Below are positions 37,854-46,450 of a DNA stretch of 64,000 nt, piece by piece. A program made the position numbers and the translations under genes. Position 1 is the stretch's first letter; the number at the start of each line of letters is the position of its first letter. A model generated the notes under the pieces. The model was not told where the DNA came from. It did no database searches and saw only the letters and a list, made by a program, of their open reading frames with translations. Origin of the DNA: Ignavibacteriales bacterium (lineage in GTDB: Bacteria > Bacteroidota > Ignavibacteria > Ignavibacteriales > SURF-24); NCBI GenBank assembly GCA_050258815.1, contig JBLMZM010000053.1:20060-84059 (forward strand), in the 5' to 3' direction.

Positions 37854-38207
37854 TTAACTCTTCTCATTGAACTTTTGAATAGCTTCTCTTTCGTCTTTGT
37901 AAAACTCATACAGCAGCGGAAAACCCAATAAATCAAAGATGTTATAGACTTTCGGACTCATATTTGTGAACTTGATATCGCCTTCATTTTCTCTCATCGT
38001 TTCAACGTAGGCCATGAATACACCGAGGCCTGCGCTGCTGATGTAAGCTAAATCCTCAAAGTTAACCACTACTTTGTACTTTTTATTATCAATAAGTTGT
38101 GTAAATATATTTTCAAGTTCTGGGGCAGTATGTGCATCGAGATATCCATGCAAATCAATAATATTTACATGGCTGTTTTCACGCGTTGCCACATTAAAAT
38201 CTATCAT
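37854..38207 (-). CDS. STAS-domain anti-sigma-factor antagonist (RsbV/SpoIIAA-like)
   Basis: 117 aa. LAYISSAGLGVF contains the conserved phosphorylatable Ser. Its ATG overlaps the upstream stop (TAATG). Confidence 0.85.
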   Translation of the reverse strand: MIDFNVATRENSHVNIIDLHGYLDAHTAPELENIFTQLIDNKKYKVVVNFEDLAYISSAGLGVFMAYVETMRENEGDIKFTNMSPKVYNIFDLLGFPLLYEFYKDEREAIQKFNEKS

Positions 38208-40291
38208 TAAACCTCTCCTGCTTTAATAGTTTTTTTAAACCACTTAAAAATAACTAAAGTTATATCGTCATGCTGCGGTTTTCCCTGAGAAAAAAGGGCT
38301 ACTTCCTTCATAATGCCATTTGAAAGTTCATCCGTAGAACTGTCCAGATGATTTAGGATTACCTTTTCGAATCTTTCATATCCAAAATCCTCCATCTCGG
38401 AATTCTTGGATTCCGGAATTCCGTCAGTATACAACAGCAATATATCATTTTCTTTTAATTTTATCTTTATTTCTTCTATCGTATTCGCGAAATTTGAAGA
38501 AAAGTCCAGACCTAAACCCAGACCACAGGGTTTCAGTTCCTCGATTTTTCCGTTCCTTACCAGCAATACAGGCGAATGACCGGCCCTTGAAAGGTACACC
38601 GTTTCACCATCCAGATCCAGGACTCCGTATACCACGGTTACAAAGCTTTTTTTATCCAGACTGCCTTTAAGTATCTCATTTGCCTTTATAAGAAGCTGTT
38701 TTGGACTCTGTATCATTTTTGACAGGGATTCAAATATTCCTTTTACCTCTGCCATAATAAATGCCGCCGAAATACCCTTGCCCGAAACATCAGCAATTAC
38801 AAACCCAAGTTTATTCTCGTCAAGTCTGAAAAAATCATAGTAGTCGCCTCCAACTTCAAACGCCGGAACAAACAGAGCCGATATCTGGAGTCCCTCCATA
38901 TGGGGAGTTACTCCCGGCAGGATCTTATACTGAATCTCACGGGCAACATCCAGTTCCTTTTCCATTCTTTCCTTTTCAATGGACTGCTCCAGCAGCTTCG
39001 CATTTTCAATGGCAATGGCGGCGTAATCGGCAAATGCACCAATTGCCTTCTGGTCATCATCATCAAACAGATCCTCGCTTTTGCGCGCGGCAATAAGATA
39101 ACCGTTTATTTCATTGTGAACCCTTAAGGGGGAGACTGCGAGTGTGTGGAAGCTTATTCCGTTATTCTCCTCACCGTTTCCATTCATCCTCTCCGGCTCC
39201 AGGAAAACTGTCCTGACACTTTTAATACCCCTTAATCCATACTTCTCTTTAAGTCTTTTGGTAAGCTTGTCGGCCTCCACATATCCTATGTTTTTGACAG
39301 CACTTAAAGACAGCTCCCCTTCTGCCTCCGAGACCAGCCAGGCAGAATCGGAATTGCAGACCTGTATAGTTATATCTGTAACCGTATCGGCCAGTTCCTT
39401 AAAATCAAACACCTGTGTTATTAGTTTGCTAAGATCCATCAGCGATGAGACTTCCTGGGCCTTACGGTCAAATACTTCGGCCGTGGGCAGGTGAAATAAC
39501 GTGGTAAAGAATACAATACCGAAAAATACTGTCCCGTAGATCATCATAAGCGTCAGGAACTGATGCAGTGAAGGTGAAAACTGCAGGAGGATCTGATTTG
39601 TCAGATTACTCTGGGAACTAAGTCCTATGTTGACACCAAATAATATAGATAATACTATAGAAATAATGAGCAGATAGATTTTTTCTTTCTTGACCAGAAA
39701 CGCAATCCAGGATATCCTGATTGAGTTAAAGGTCATCAGGAGTATAGAAACAACAAGGAATGCGGGTTTTAAGTATGTTACAGATGAGTTCAGGAATTCA
39801 ATTATGTTTGCCACTGAGGTCATGAGCATAAAGAAGAGCATGGTATTAAAATAAAACCCGGGGTTGCGCTTTTGCTTCAGGAAAAACAGCGTCCTGAAGA
39901 CGGAAAATATGTATGCCAGGGCGGAAATAAACAGGAATGAATAAAAACAGGAAGCTATTGTGAGCATAAAATTTGTGTTCCCTGCCTCTCCGAAGAGTTC
40001 CGAAAATACGGAAGGAAGCACCGAAAGCACAAAAAATATAAACGCAGTCAGTATCCCCGCATTTAAGATAATTGAGAGCGGAGAGTATTTCTTTTCCTGT
40101 ATGAATTCCAGCACATAAAGCGTAACTGAATAAAACGCCAGCAGCACCAATATCTCGTTTATGGTCACAACTACGGGACTGAAGCCCAGGTTATCCGGGA
40201 AAACTAGCCTGAACAAAAACAAGATGACCGAAAACACAACCGCATTCTGCAGTTTACGGGCGCTATCCAGTGGAAATAATTTAATTTTCAT
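38207..40291 (-). CDS. multi-TM / GAF / SpoIIE(PP2C) sensor phosphatase
   Basis: About 9-10 TM helices, a GAF-like region, then GGDYYDF...VIADVSGKG...YTDGIPES. The ATG at 40291 is preferred; the ORF track uses a TTG at 40339. Confidence 0.8.
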   Translation of the reverse strand: MKIKLFPLDSARKLQNAVVFSVILFLFRLVFPDNLGFSPVVVTINEILVLLAFYSVTLYVLEFIQEKKYSPLSIILNAGILTAFIFFVLSVLPSVFSELFGEAGNTNFMLTIASCFYSFLFISALAYIFSVFRTLFFLKQKRNPGFYFNTMLFFMLMTSVANIIEFLNSSVTYLKPAFLVVSILLMTFNSIRISWIAFLVKKEKIYLLIISIVLSILFGVNIGLSSQSNLTNQILLQFSPSLHQFLTLMMIYGTVFFGIVFFTTLFHLPTAEVFDRKAQEVSSLMDLSKLITQVFDFKELADTVTDITIQVCNSDSAWLVSEAEGELSLSAVKNIGYVEADKLTKRLKEKYGLRGIKSVRTVFLEPERMNGNGEENNGISFHTLAVSPLRVHNEINGYLIAARKSEDLFDDDDQKAIGAFADYAAIAIENAKLLEQSIEKERMEKELDVAREIQYKILPGVTPHMEGLQISALFVPAFEVGGDYYDFFRLDENKLGFVIADVSGKGISAAFIMAEVKGIFESLSKMIQSPKQLLIKANEILKGSLDKKSFVTVVYGVLDLDGETVYLSRAGHSPVLLVRNGKIEELKPCGLGLGLDFSSNFANTIEEIKIKLKENDILLLYTDGIPESKNSEMEDFGYERFEKVILNHLDSSTDELSNGIMKEVALFSQGKPQHDDITLVIFKWFKKTIKAGEV

Positions 40292-40375
40292 ATAATGTAT
40301 TTTACCTTTTACTTCCCTCTTCCTTTGAAAATCCTGCAATACAGGTCAATCTTAAAAATGGGAATTATGACTCAA

Positions 40376-41686
40376 TCAGTCCCCATCCTCACTCTCGGTG
40401 GAGGGAACCGGAGGGGGTGACTTCCCTTTTCTCAGCTTTTTGAACCCGCTTTTTAATTCCCTCAATTTTTCCCTCAGTTCAGCCCTTTCAGATTTGCTCA
40501 AAGATCCATGCGACTGTTTTTCCGACAATGAATCGATGCTCTCCTGCAATATCTGCAGCCTCTTCGGGATTCTCAAACTTACATTGATTATTGAATCAAT
40601 GTCGGGTATGTCTATATTCAGTTCAAAATGTTGTGCTGAATCAGGTATCCCGTCACTAAACTCCATTCTAATCCTGTTTGTCATTTTGCCCGCGGGTGGA
40701 ACCGGAGGCTGCATCCTGCTGCTAAACTTCTTAATTAAGCGCGTTGCCTCTTCAACCTGCGCATTTATTTGTTCAACACTCGGCATATTACCCAGCATTG
40801 AATCCATATCCGGAACCTCTATATGGAACCTGCTGGAATCCATGTAAACTTTAAAATCCCTGTGAGAGCGTTTTTGATCTTTGCTAGCCAGTTCCATATT
40901 GAACTGCATGCGCACACCTGGCTCCCTGTCCTGCCCGCCCTTATTATTTTTCAACTTAGCGGGTGGCTCGCTTACTTTTGGCGGCTCATATCTGAATGGA
41001 TGCGAAAATATTGTATCTGAGGTAACAAATATATAACTGTTGACATCGGCATCCTTCATGTCGGAAACCATACGCGGGATCTGCGGATTATCTGAGAAAT
41101 TCACCGACTCGGGCAGTATCTGCCTGAACTTTCCTTTATTTGCCTTTGAAGCGAATAACAACAGGTCAGTCCTTATTGCCCTGTTCAGGTTCCACAGATT
41201 GGCATTAATTGCAACCGTATTCTTTTCATTAACCAGTACCTGAGTCTCAATTTTGCCCTTATATGAGTTGAGGATTGAATCCACCTGCTTTCTCTGCAAA
41301 GGGCTCAGATTCAGCACATTGCTGAAGTTCTCAAGGTTATTGGTTTTTTGTACCGATGAAACGTTCTTGAATTCAAAAAACTCCTTTCCATTGGCTTCAT
41401 TTCCCAGCTGAAGATACTGATGGTTAGCCTTATCGACAGGCAGCTCCCTGTAAAAGGCAAAATTAAAAATATCCTCGTTTGTTACCTGTTTGCCCGTTAA
41501 GATGGGCTTCAGGTTCTGGGTATAGAAATCAGCCAGGTTTGTCTTCTGCTGCTCAACCAGCACGTCAAGCTTTTTATTCTTGAAAAGAATGATAAGACCG
41601 ATGGTCAGTATTACAAGCCCCAGAATAGGAATAATTTTCTTTGAGCTGAATTGGGAATTAAACTTTTGCATATTTTGCATGTCCAT
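40376..41686 (-). CDS. single-pass membrane protein of unknown function downstream of the ECF sigma
   Basis: The ATG at 41686 (MDMQNMQKF...) gives a short cytoplasmic N-terminus, a TM helix IIPILGLVILTIGLIILF, and a large extracytoplasmic region with no motif recognised. It ends in a Lys/Glu-rich helical tail and a Pro-rich tail. The ORF track extends to 41755. Confidence 0.5.
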   Translation of the reverse strand: MDMQNMQKFNSQFSSKKIIPILGLVILTIGLIILFKNKKLDVLVEQQKTNLADFYTQNLKPILTGKQVTNEDIFNFAFYRELPVDKANHQYLQLGNEANGKEFFEFKNVSSVQKTNNLENFSNVLNLSPLQRKQVDSILNSYKGKIETQVLVNEKNTVAINANLWNLNRAIRTDLLLFASKANKGKFRQILPESVNFSDNPQIPRMVSDMKDADVNSYIFVTSDTIFSHPFRYEPPKVSEPPAKLKNNKGGQDREPGVRMQFNMELASKDQKRSHRDFKVYMDSSRFHIEVPDMDSMLGNMPSVEQINAQVEEATRLIKKFSSRMQPPVPPAGKMTNRIRMEFSDGIPDSAQHFELNIDIPDIDSIINVSLRIPKRLQILQESIDSLSEKQSHGSLSKSERAELREKLRELKSGFKKLRKGKSPPPVPSTESEDGD

Positions 41687-41824
41687 AAAACAGCTTTCAA
41701 AATGGAAATTTAAATATTCAGGAGACCGGTAAAGCCGGAACAAAAGTCCAGCCATTTTACTTATACCTCTCCGTGCTCAATAATATAAGGATATCCTGGA
41801 CAAAGACGAAATATAGAATGGGAA

Positions 41825-42424
41825 CTACGTCATCAGGTCCCGCTCAAAGGGTTGCAGCAGATATTTGAGGGTTTCCCTGGCTCTGAAAATGCGTGATTTC
41901 ACGGTACCTACCTCACACTCCAGAGAATCTGCAATTTCCTTATAGCTCAGGCCGTCGACCTCCCTCATTATCAGAGGAACCCTCAGCTTCTCGGGCAGCT
42001 TGGATATGGCTTGCTGTACTATTTCTGTAGTATCCACATATTCAGAACTTTGCCTTACGCTGCCAATCTCCTCTTCCGAATCCTTAATAGGGATAAATAT
42101 GCTTCTTATGCGTATTTTCCTGAGCTGATCCTTGCATTTATTAATCGTAATCCTATAGAGCCAGGTCGTAAACTGGGATTCAAAACGGAAATATTTCAGT
42201 TTATTAAAAACACTTATAAACACATCCTGTGATATATCATCTACAAGCTCCCTGTTGCCAACGGTTAAGAAAACAAGGTTTCTCACTTTATCCTTATGCC
42301 TTAACACAAGTATCCTGAATGAGGATTCGTCTCCATCGATAAATCTCCTGATCAATGCAAAATCATCTTCAGAGTTTGATACCTGAGTATGACTGACATC
42401 ATTTTCATTCTTTGTGATATCCAT
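41825..42424 (-). CDS. ECF-type RNA polymerase sigma-70 factor
   Basis: 199 aa with two domains: region 2 (FTTWLYRITINKC) and region 4 HTH (SYKEIADSLECEVGTVKSRIFRAR). Confidence 0.9.
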   Translation of the reverse strand: MDITKNENDVSHTQVSNSEDDFALIRRFIDGDESSFRILVLRHKDKVRNLVFLTVGNRELVDDISQDVFISVFNKLKYFRFESQFTTWLYRITINKCKDQLRKIRIRSIFIPIKDSEEEIGSVRQSSEYVDTTEIVQQAISKLPEKLRVPLIMREVDGLSYKEIADSLECEVGTVKSRIFRARETLKYLLQPFERDLMT

Positions 42425-42703
42425 TTATTTAGACGCTGATAATTAAATGATAGTTCCGTTAAGGCAGAGTATTCCGGACTAAGTACAAATAAACCATTCT
42501 GAATTGATAATACTAAGAGCTAGCTTAAAACTAAGAAATTTATTCTTTAAAAAGTAATGTGAAAAAGTTTCAGCAAGGTATTTTTTTTATTATCTTGTGA
42601 AAAATTATCTGAAATATTTAAAAATAACAACAAATTCTTTTAATTTGCTTGCAAAAATTGGCTTATCTAAGTAAATTTAATCAGTTAAATAAAAGGAGCA
42701 TTC

Positions 42704-43045
42704 ATGAAAATCAAAACCACCGAACAGTATGGAGCAGTGGTAATCGAGCTTAAGGGGAACGTGATGGGTGGTCCTGAGGCTACGGAGCTTAGCGATCTCT
42801 TGCACAAATTGCTCGAACAGAAGAAATTAAACGTGATTATCGATTTATCTGACGTTAAATTTATGAACAGTTCCGGTTTGGGTATGTTAATCAGCGGTTA
42901 TACCACGATGAAAAATGGTGGTGGTAATTTTAAGCTAGCAAATGCTACCGAAAAGATTTATAGCCTGCTAATGATCACGAAACTCGTGACCATATTTGAA
43001 AATTACGACTCAGTTGAAGAGGCTATAAAAAGTTATAACAAATAG
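42704..43045 (+). CDS. orphan STAS-domain anti-sigma-factor antagonist
   Basis: 113 aa. VKFMNSSGLGMLISG carries the conserved Ser motif. It is divergent from the ECF sigma gene. Confidence 0.85.
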   Translation: MKIKTTEQYGAVVIELKGNVMGGPEATELSDLLHKLLEQKKLNVIIDLSDVKFMNSSGLGMLISGYTTMKNGGGNFKLANATEKIYSLLMITKLVTIFENYDSVEEAIKSYNK

Positions 43046-43108
43046 GCGGTTCTGTTAAGAACATACCCCTCAACCGTTGAAGTTAGTATTCAACGCCTAT
43101 ATTTTTGG

Positions 43109-43138
43109 ACTCCGGATAGCTAATTCGGAGTTTTTTTA
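43109..43138 (+). terminator. intrinsic terminator after the orphan STAS gene
   Basis: ACTCCG (43109-43114) pairs with CGGAGT (43126-43131) around an 11-nt loop, followed by T7. Confidence 0.55.
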
Positions 43139-43198
43139 TTTATATGCTTTAGTTTATTAAATTTATTTAAATACTTTGCAGTCAATCAGGAGTTAAAA

Positions 43199-44467
43199 AT
43201 GAGTGTGTCGGTTCTAGTCGGCAGCCAGTGGGGTGACGAAGGAAAAGGTAAGGTTGTCGATATTCTTAGCGAGAATTATGACATCGTGGCCAGGTATCAG
43301 GGTGGTGCAAATGCCGGGCACACGGTGGAAATCGGAGATAAACAGTTTATCCTGCATCTGATTCCCTCCGGAATTCTGAGGGAGGATGTAATTTGTGTTA
43401 TTGGAAACGGAGTAGTGGTCGACCCCAGGGCTCTTCTCGATGAGATCAGCTTCCTGGAGAAAAACAACATCAGGATCGATGGCCGCCTTTTCATCAGCCA
43501 TAACGCTCACCTTATCATGCCGTATCACAAACTTCTTGATTCGATAAGCGAAAGCGGACAAAATAAGATTGGCACTACGGGCCGGGGTATAGGTCCCTGC
43601 TATATAGATAAATATGCACGAAAGGGCATCAGGATAGTGGACCTGTTAAATAAAGACGTCCTGGAAAGGAAAATTCGCGAAAACCTGGCCGAAAAGAACA
43701 ACCTGCTCAAGAAGGTCTATGAACACAGCGAACTGGATGTTGAGGCAATTATTACTGAATATGTGGAATTCGACAAGGCTATTGATAAATACGTAAAAGA
43801 TACACCTGTATTTCTTAATAATGCCATCAGCGAGGGCAAATCAGTCCTCCTGGAAGGCGCACAGGGCGCACTGCTGGATATTGACCACGGCACCTACCCC
43901 TATGTTACCTCCTCCAGTCCAACTTCGGGCGGAGCATGTACGGGCTGCGGAATACCACCGACAAAGATCGATTCGGTAGTTGGAATCGTAAAGGCATATA
44001 CTACCAGAGTCGGCAATGGTCCCTTCCCTACTGAACTGCTGGATGAGGATGGAGAAAGACTCAGGAAGATCGGAGCTGAATTCGGGGCTACAACCGGCCG
44101 GCCGAGACGCTGCGGATGGTTCGATGCCTTCCTGGTAAAATATTCTACCATGGTCAATGGTATTGATACGGCGGCAATAACAAAACTCGATGTTCTGAGC
44201 AGTTTTGACGAAATCAAGGTCTGCGTTGCCTATGAACTGGAAGGGAAAACACTTAAGACTTTCCCCAACGACGTAAACCAGCTGGATTGTATTAAGCCCA
44301 TTTATGAAACCCTTCCCGGGTGGAAATGTGATATCTCGGGCGCCAGGAAATACGGGGATCTGCCTAAGGCAACCAGAGACTACCTCGATTTTATTTCCGG
44401 GTATTGTGGTTTCAGAATCAGCCTCGTCTCTGTTGGAGCAAAACGCTCAGAGACAATTATCCTCTAA
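43199..44467 (+). CDS. purA: adenylosuccinate synthase
   Basis: 422 aa. The N-terminal P-loop GSQWGDEGKGK, plus GGANAGHT and TTGRGIGP, are unmistakable PurA motifs. Confidence 0.95.
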   Translation: MSVSVLVGSQWGDEGKGKVVDILSENYDIVARYQGGANAGHTVEIGDKQFILHLIPSGILREDVICVIGNGVVVDPRALLDEISFLEKNNIRIDGRLFISHNAHLIMPYHKLLDSISESGQNKIGTTGRGIGPCYIDKYARKGIRIVDLLNKDVLERKIRENLAEKNNLLKKVYEHSELDVEAIITEYVEFDKAIDKYVKDTPVFLNNAISEGKSVLLEGAQGALLDIDHGTYPYVTSSSPTSGGACTGCGIPPTKIDSVVGIVKAYTTRVGNGPFPTELLDEDGERLRKIGAEFGATTGRPRRCGWFDAFLVKYSTMVNGIDTAAITKLDVLSSFDEIKVCVAYELEGKTLKTFPNDVNQLDCIKPIYETLPGWKCDISGARKYGDLPKATRDYLDFISGYCGFRISLVSVGAKRSETIIL

Positions 44468-44527
44468 ACTTGATTTGGTTATTTATTTTTTAAAATAAAT
44501 CCCCCATATTTGCATCCATATTCTCAA

Positions 44528-44564
44528 GGGCAGGAACCGATCACCGGTTCCTGCCCCACTTTTA
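44528..44564 (+). terminator. hairpin terminator after purA
   Basis: GGGCAGGAACC (44528-44538) pairs with GGTTCCTGCCC (44546-44556): an 11-bp perfect stem with a 7-nt loop, followed by CACTTTTA (weak U-tract). Confidence 0.55.
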
Positions 44565-44587
44565 CCGAACATTTGAGGACAACTACC

Positions 44588-46450
44588 GTGAAACTGACCT
44601 TTTTTGCTTTCATTTCGGCCATATTCTTATTTGTCAGCACATCAGCACAGTCAGAAGATGATTATTCAGTACACATTTCCTCACCCTCTTCGCGCCAGGG
44701 ACTGCTGGAATTTACCGGCAGGCCTTATTATATTTATGGCACCCTTACGCCTGCAGGATCTCAATTAAAAGTCAATGGGACCCCAACACTCGTGGATGCA
44801 GACGGGGCATTTCTGGCCTATGCACCTCTGACCATTCTGGACGAGAAGAACAGCCAGGGCGCAAATAAAGCCAGATTCGTTTTCAGTATTTCCGGCAAAA
44901 ACGGACAAAAGGAAATTGAAAAGATCTTCTGGGTAAAACTGCCCGATAAGAGCAGCCATATTGATCACCTTTATATTGACAGGAACTTTCAACAGGAGCC
45001 TTCCGAAGACCTGACCCTGCAGATGGGTGAGGCTATTGAAGTAGAAGTTAAAGGCACCCCCGGCTGCAAGGCATACTTCAACGTCGGGGGCATTGAGGGA
45101 AATATACCGATGGAGGAAACCTCCAGAATTAATTCCTATTACTGGGGACAGGATGTCTTTGGAGATGGTTATACAACAAAGGGAGATACCCTGTACGGCA
45201 TCTATAAGGGCCACTTTATCCTTAATCAAAGGCTGAATAACGCAAAACTGACCGTTACACTTGCCCATGCTTCTTTGGGCGAGATCAGGGATACTCTTAC
45301 CGGCACTGTTACTACCCTGAATGATCAGTACCACCAGATCGTTAGCATCAAAAAAGATCCCAACCTCGTTACAGGCAGAGTAAGCCCCGCCGGGGGATAT
45401 AAACTCTTTCTGCCCGAAGGCGTCCGCCTTGAGGTAACAGGAAAAAAAGGAGAATGGCTGAGGACCAGACTTTCAGGCAGTGAATCCATCTATGTCCCTG
45501 AAAACTCGGTAAATTACCTGAGTAACGGCGCTTCCCTTCCCCACAGCTCAACACAGATCATAAGGACAAGGGATTTTGAAAAGTATGTATCGGTTGAACT
45601 TGGATTTACCGAAAGGCTGCCATTCAGAATAGTTGAATCCGATAATCCACAAAAAATTGAATTGTATGTTTACTGCGTTACTTCCGATATTGACTGGGTA
45701 TTTTATGACAGGAAAAGTGAATTTATCAAAGAAATTAAACATTCCCAGCCCATTGACGGCGTCTTAAAGGTGGAAATATTCCTGAACCAGAAGACCCACT
45801 GGGGATATAAACCCGTGTACGATGGCAACATTCTTAAACTCAGCATCAATAAACCTGCAAGGAGAAATGCAGGGTTCCTCTTCTGGAGCAACCAGCTGAA
45901 AGGAAGAGTTATTTCTATCGATCCGGGACATACCTCCGACTTCGGGGCAGTGGGTCCCAGAGGAACTAAGGAAAAGGACGTAAACTTTGAAATATCCCTT
46001 AAACTCAAGGAATTGCTGGAAAACTCAGGCGCCGTGGTTTATTTCACGCACCGCAAGGATGAGGACCTGCCATTGCGCGACAGAAAACAAAGAGTAAATT
46101 CATTTAATCCTGAAATTTCTGTAAGCATGCACAACAATGCGGTGCCTCAGGGCGTCGATCCGATAGTGCATAATGGAAGTTCTGTCTATTATTATTATCC
46201 TCAGTCTTTACCCCTGGCAAAACTGGTTTATAAAAACCTGCTGAATAAGCTCGGATTAAAGGATTTCGGACTTTATTGGGATAACTTATACATGTGCCGT
46301 ATCCCCGAATCCATATCCTTCTTACTCGAACCCGCTTTTATGATCGTTCCCGAACAGGAAAGACTGCTGAAGACTGACGAATTCCAGTATAAAATAGCAG
46401 AATCCGTTTATGAAGCATTAGAATCTTTTTATAAGGAATACAGCGAATGA
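44588..46450 (+). CDS. N-acetylmuramoyl-L-alanine amidase (Amidase_3/AmiC-like) with a large N-terminal domain
   Basis: The C-terminal ~220 aa match the Amidase_3 pattern (ISIDPGHTSD...SMHNNA...LEPAFM). The GTG at 44588 follows GAGGA and gives the signal peptide VKLTFFAFISAIFLFVSTSAQS. The ORF-track start (44510) would run through the purA terminator. Confidence 0.75.
   Translation: MKLTFFAFISAIFLFVSTSAQSEDDYSVHISSPSSRQGLLEFTGRPYYIYGTLTPAGSQLKVNGTPTLVDADGAFLAYAPLTILDEKNSQGANKARFVFSISGKNGQKEIEKIFWVKLPDKSSHIDHLYIDRNFQQEPSEDLTLQMGEAIEVEVKGTPGCKAYFNVGGIEGNIPMEETSRINSYYWGQDVFGDGYTTKGDTLYGIYKGHFILNQRLNNAKLTVTLAHASLGEIRDTLTGTVTTLNDQYHQIVSIKKDPNLVTGRVSPAGGYKLFLPEGVRLEVTGKKGEWLRTRLSGSESIYVPENSVNYLSNGASLPHSSTQIIRTRDFEKYVSVELGFTERLPFRIVESDNPQKIELYVYCVTSDIDWVFYDRKSEFIKEIKHSQPIDGVLKVEIFLNQKTHWGYKPVYDGNILKLSINKPARRNAGFLFWSNQLKGRVISIDPGHTSDFGAVGPRGTKEKDVNFEISLKLKELLENSGAVVYFTHRKDEDLPLRDRKQRVNSFNPEISVSMHNNAVPQGVDPIVHNGSSVYYYYPQSLPLAKLVYKNLLNKLGLKDFGLYWDNLYMCRIPESISFLLEPAFMIVPEQERLLKTDEFQYKIAESVYEALESFYKEYSE

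Noticed and set aside
42560-42610. TGTGAA half-sites (AATGTGAAAAAGTTTCAGCA and CTTGTGAAAAATTATCTGA) in the sigma/STAS divergent promoter region, as possible Rex boxes.
   Set aside because: The right half-sites are mismatched at several positions, or the spacer length is wrong. This is AT-rich sequence where such half-sites arise easily.
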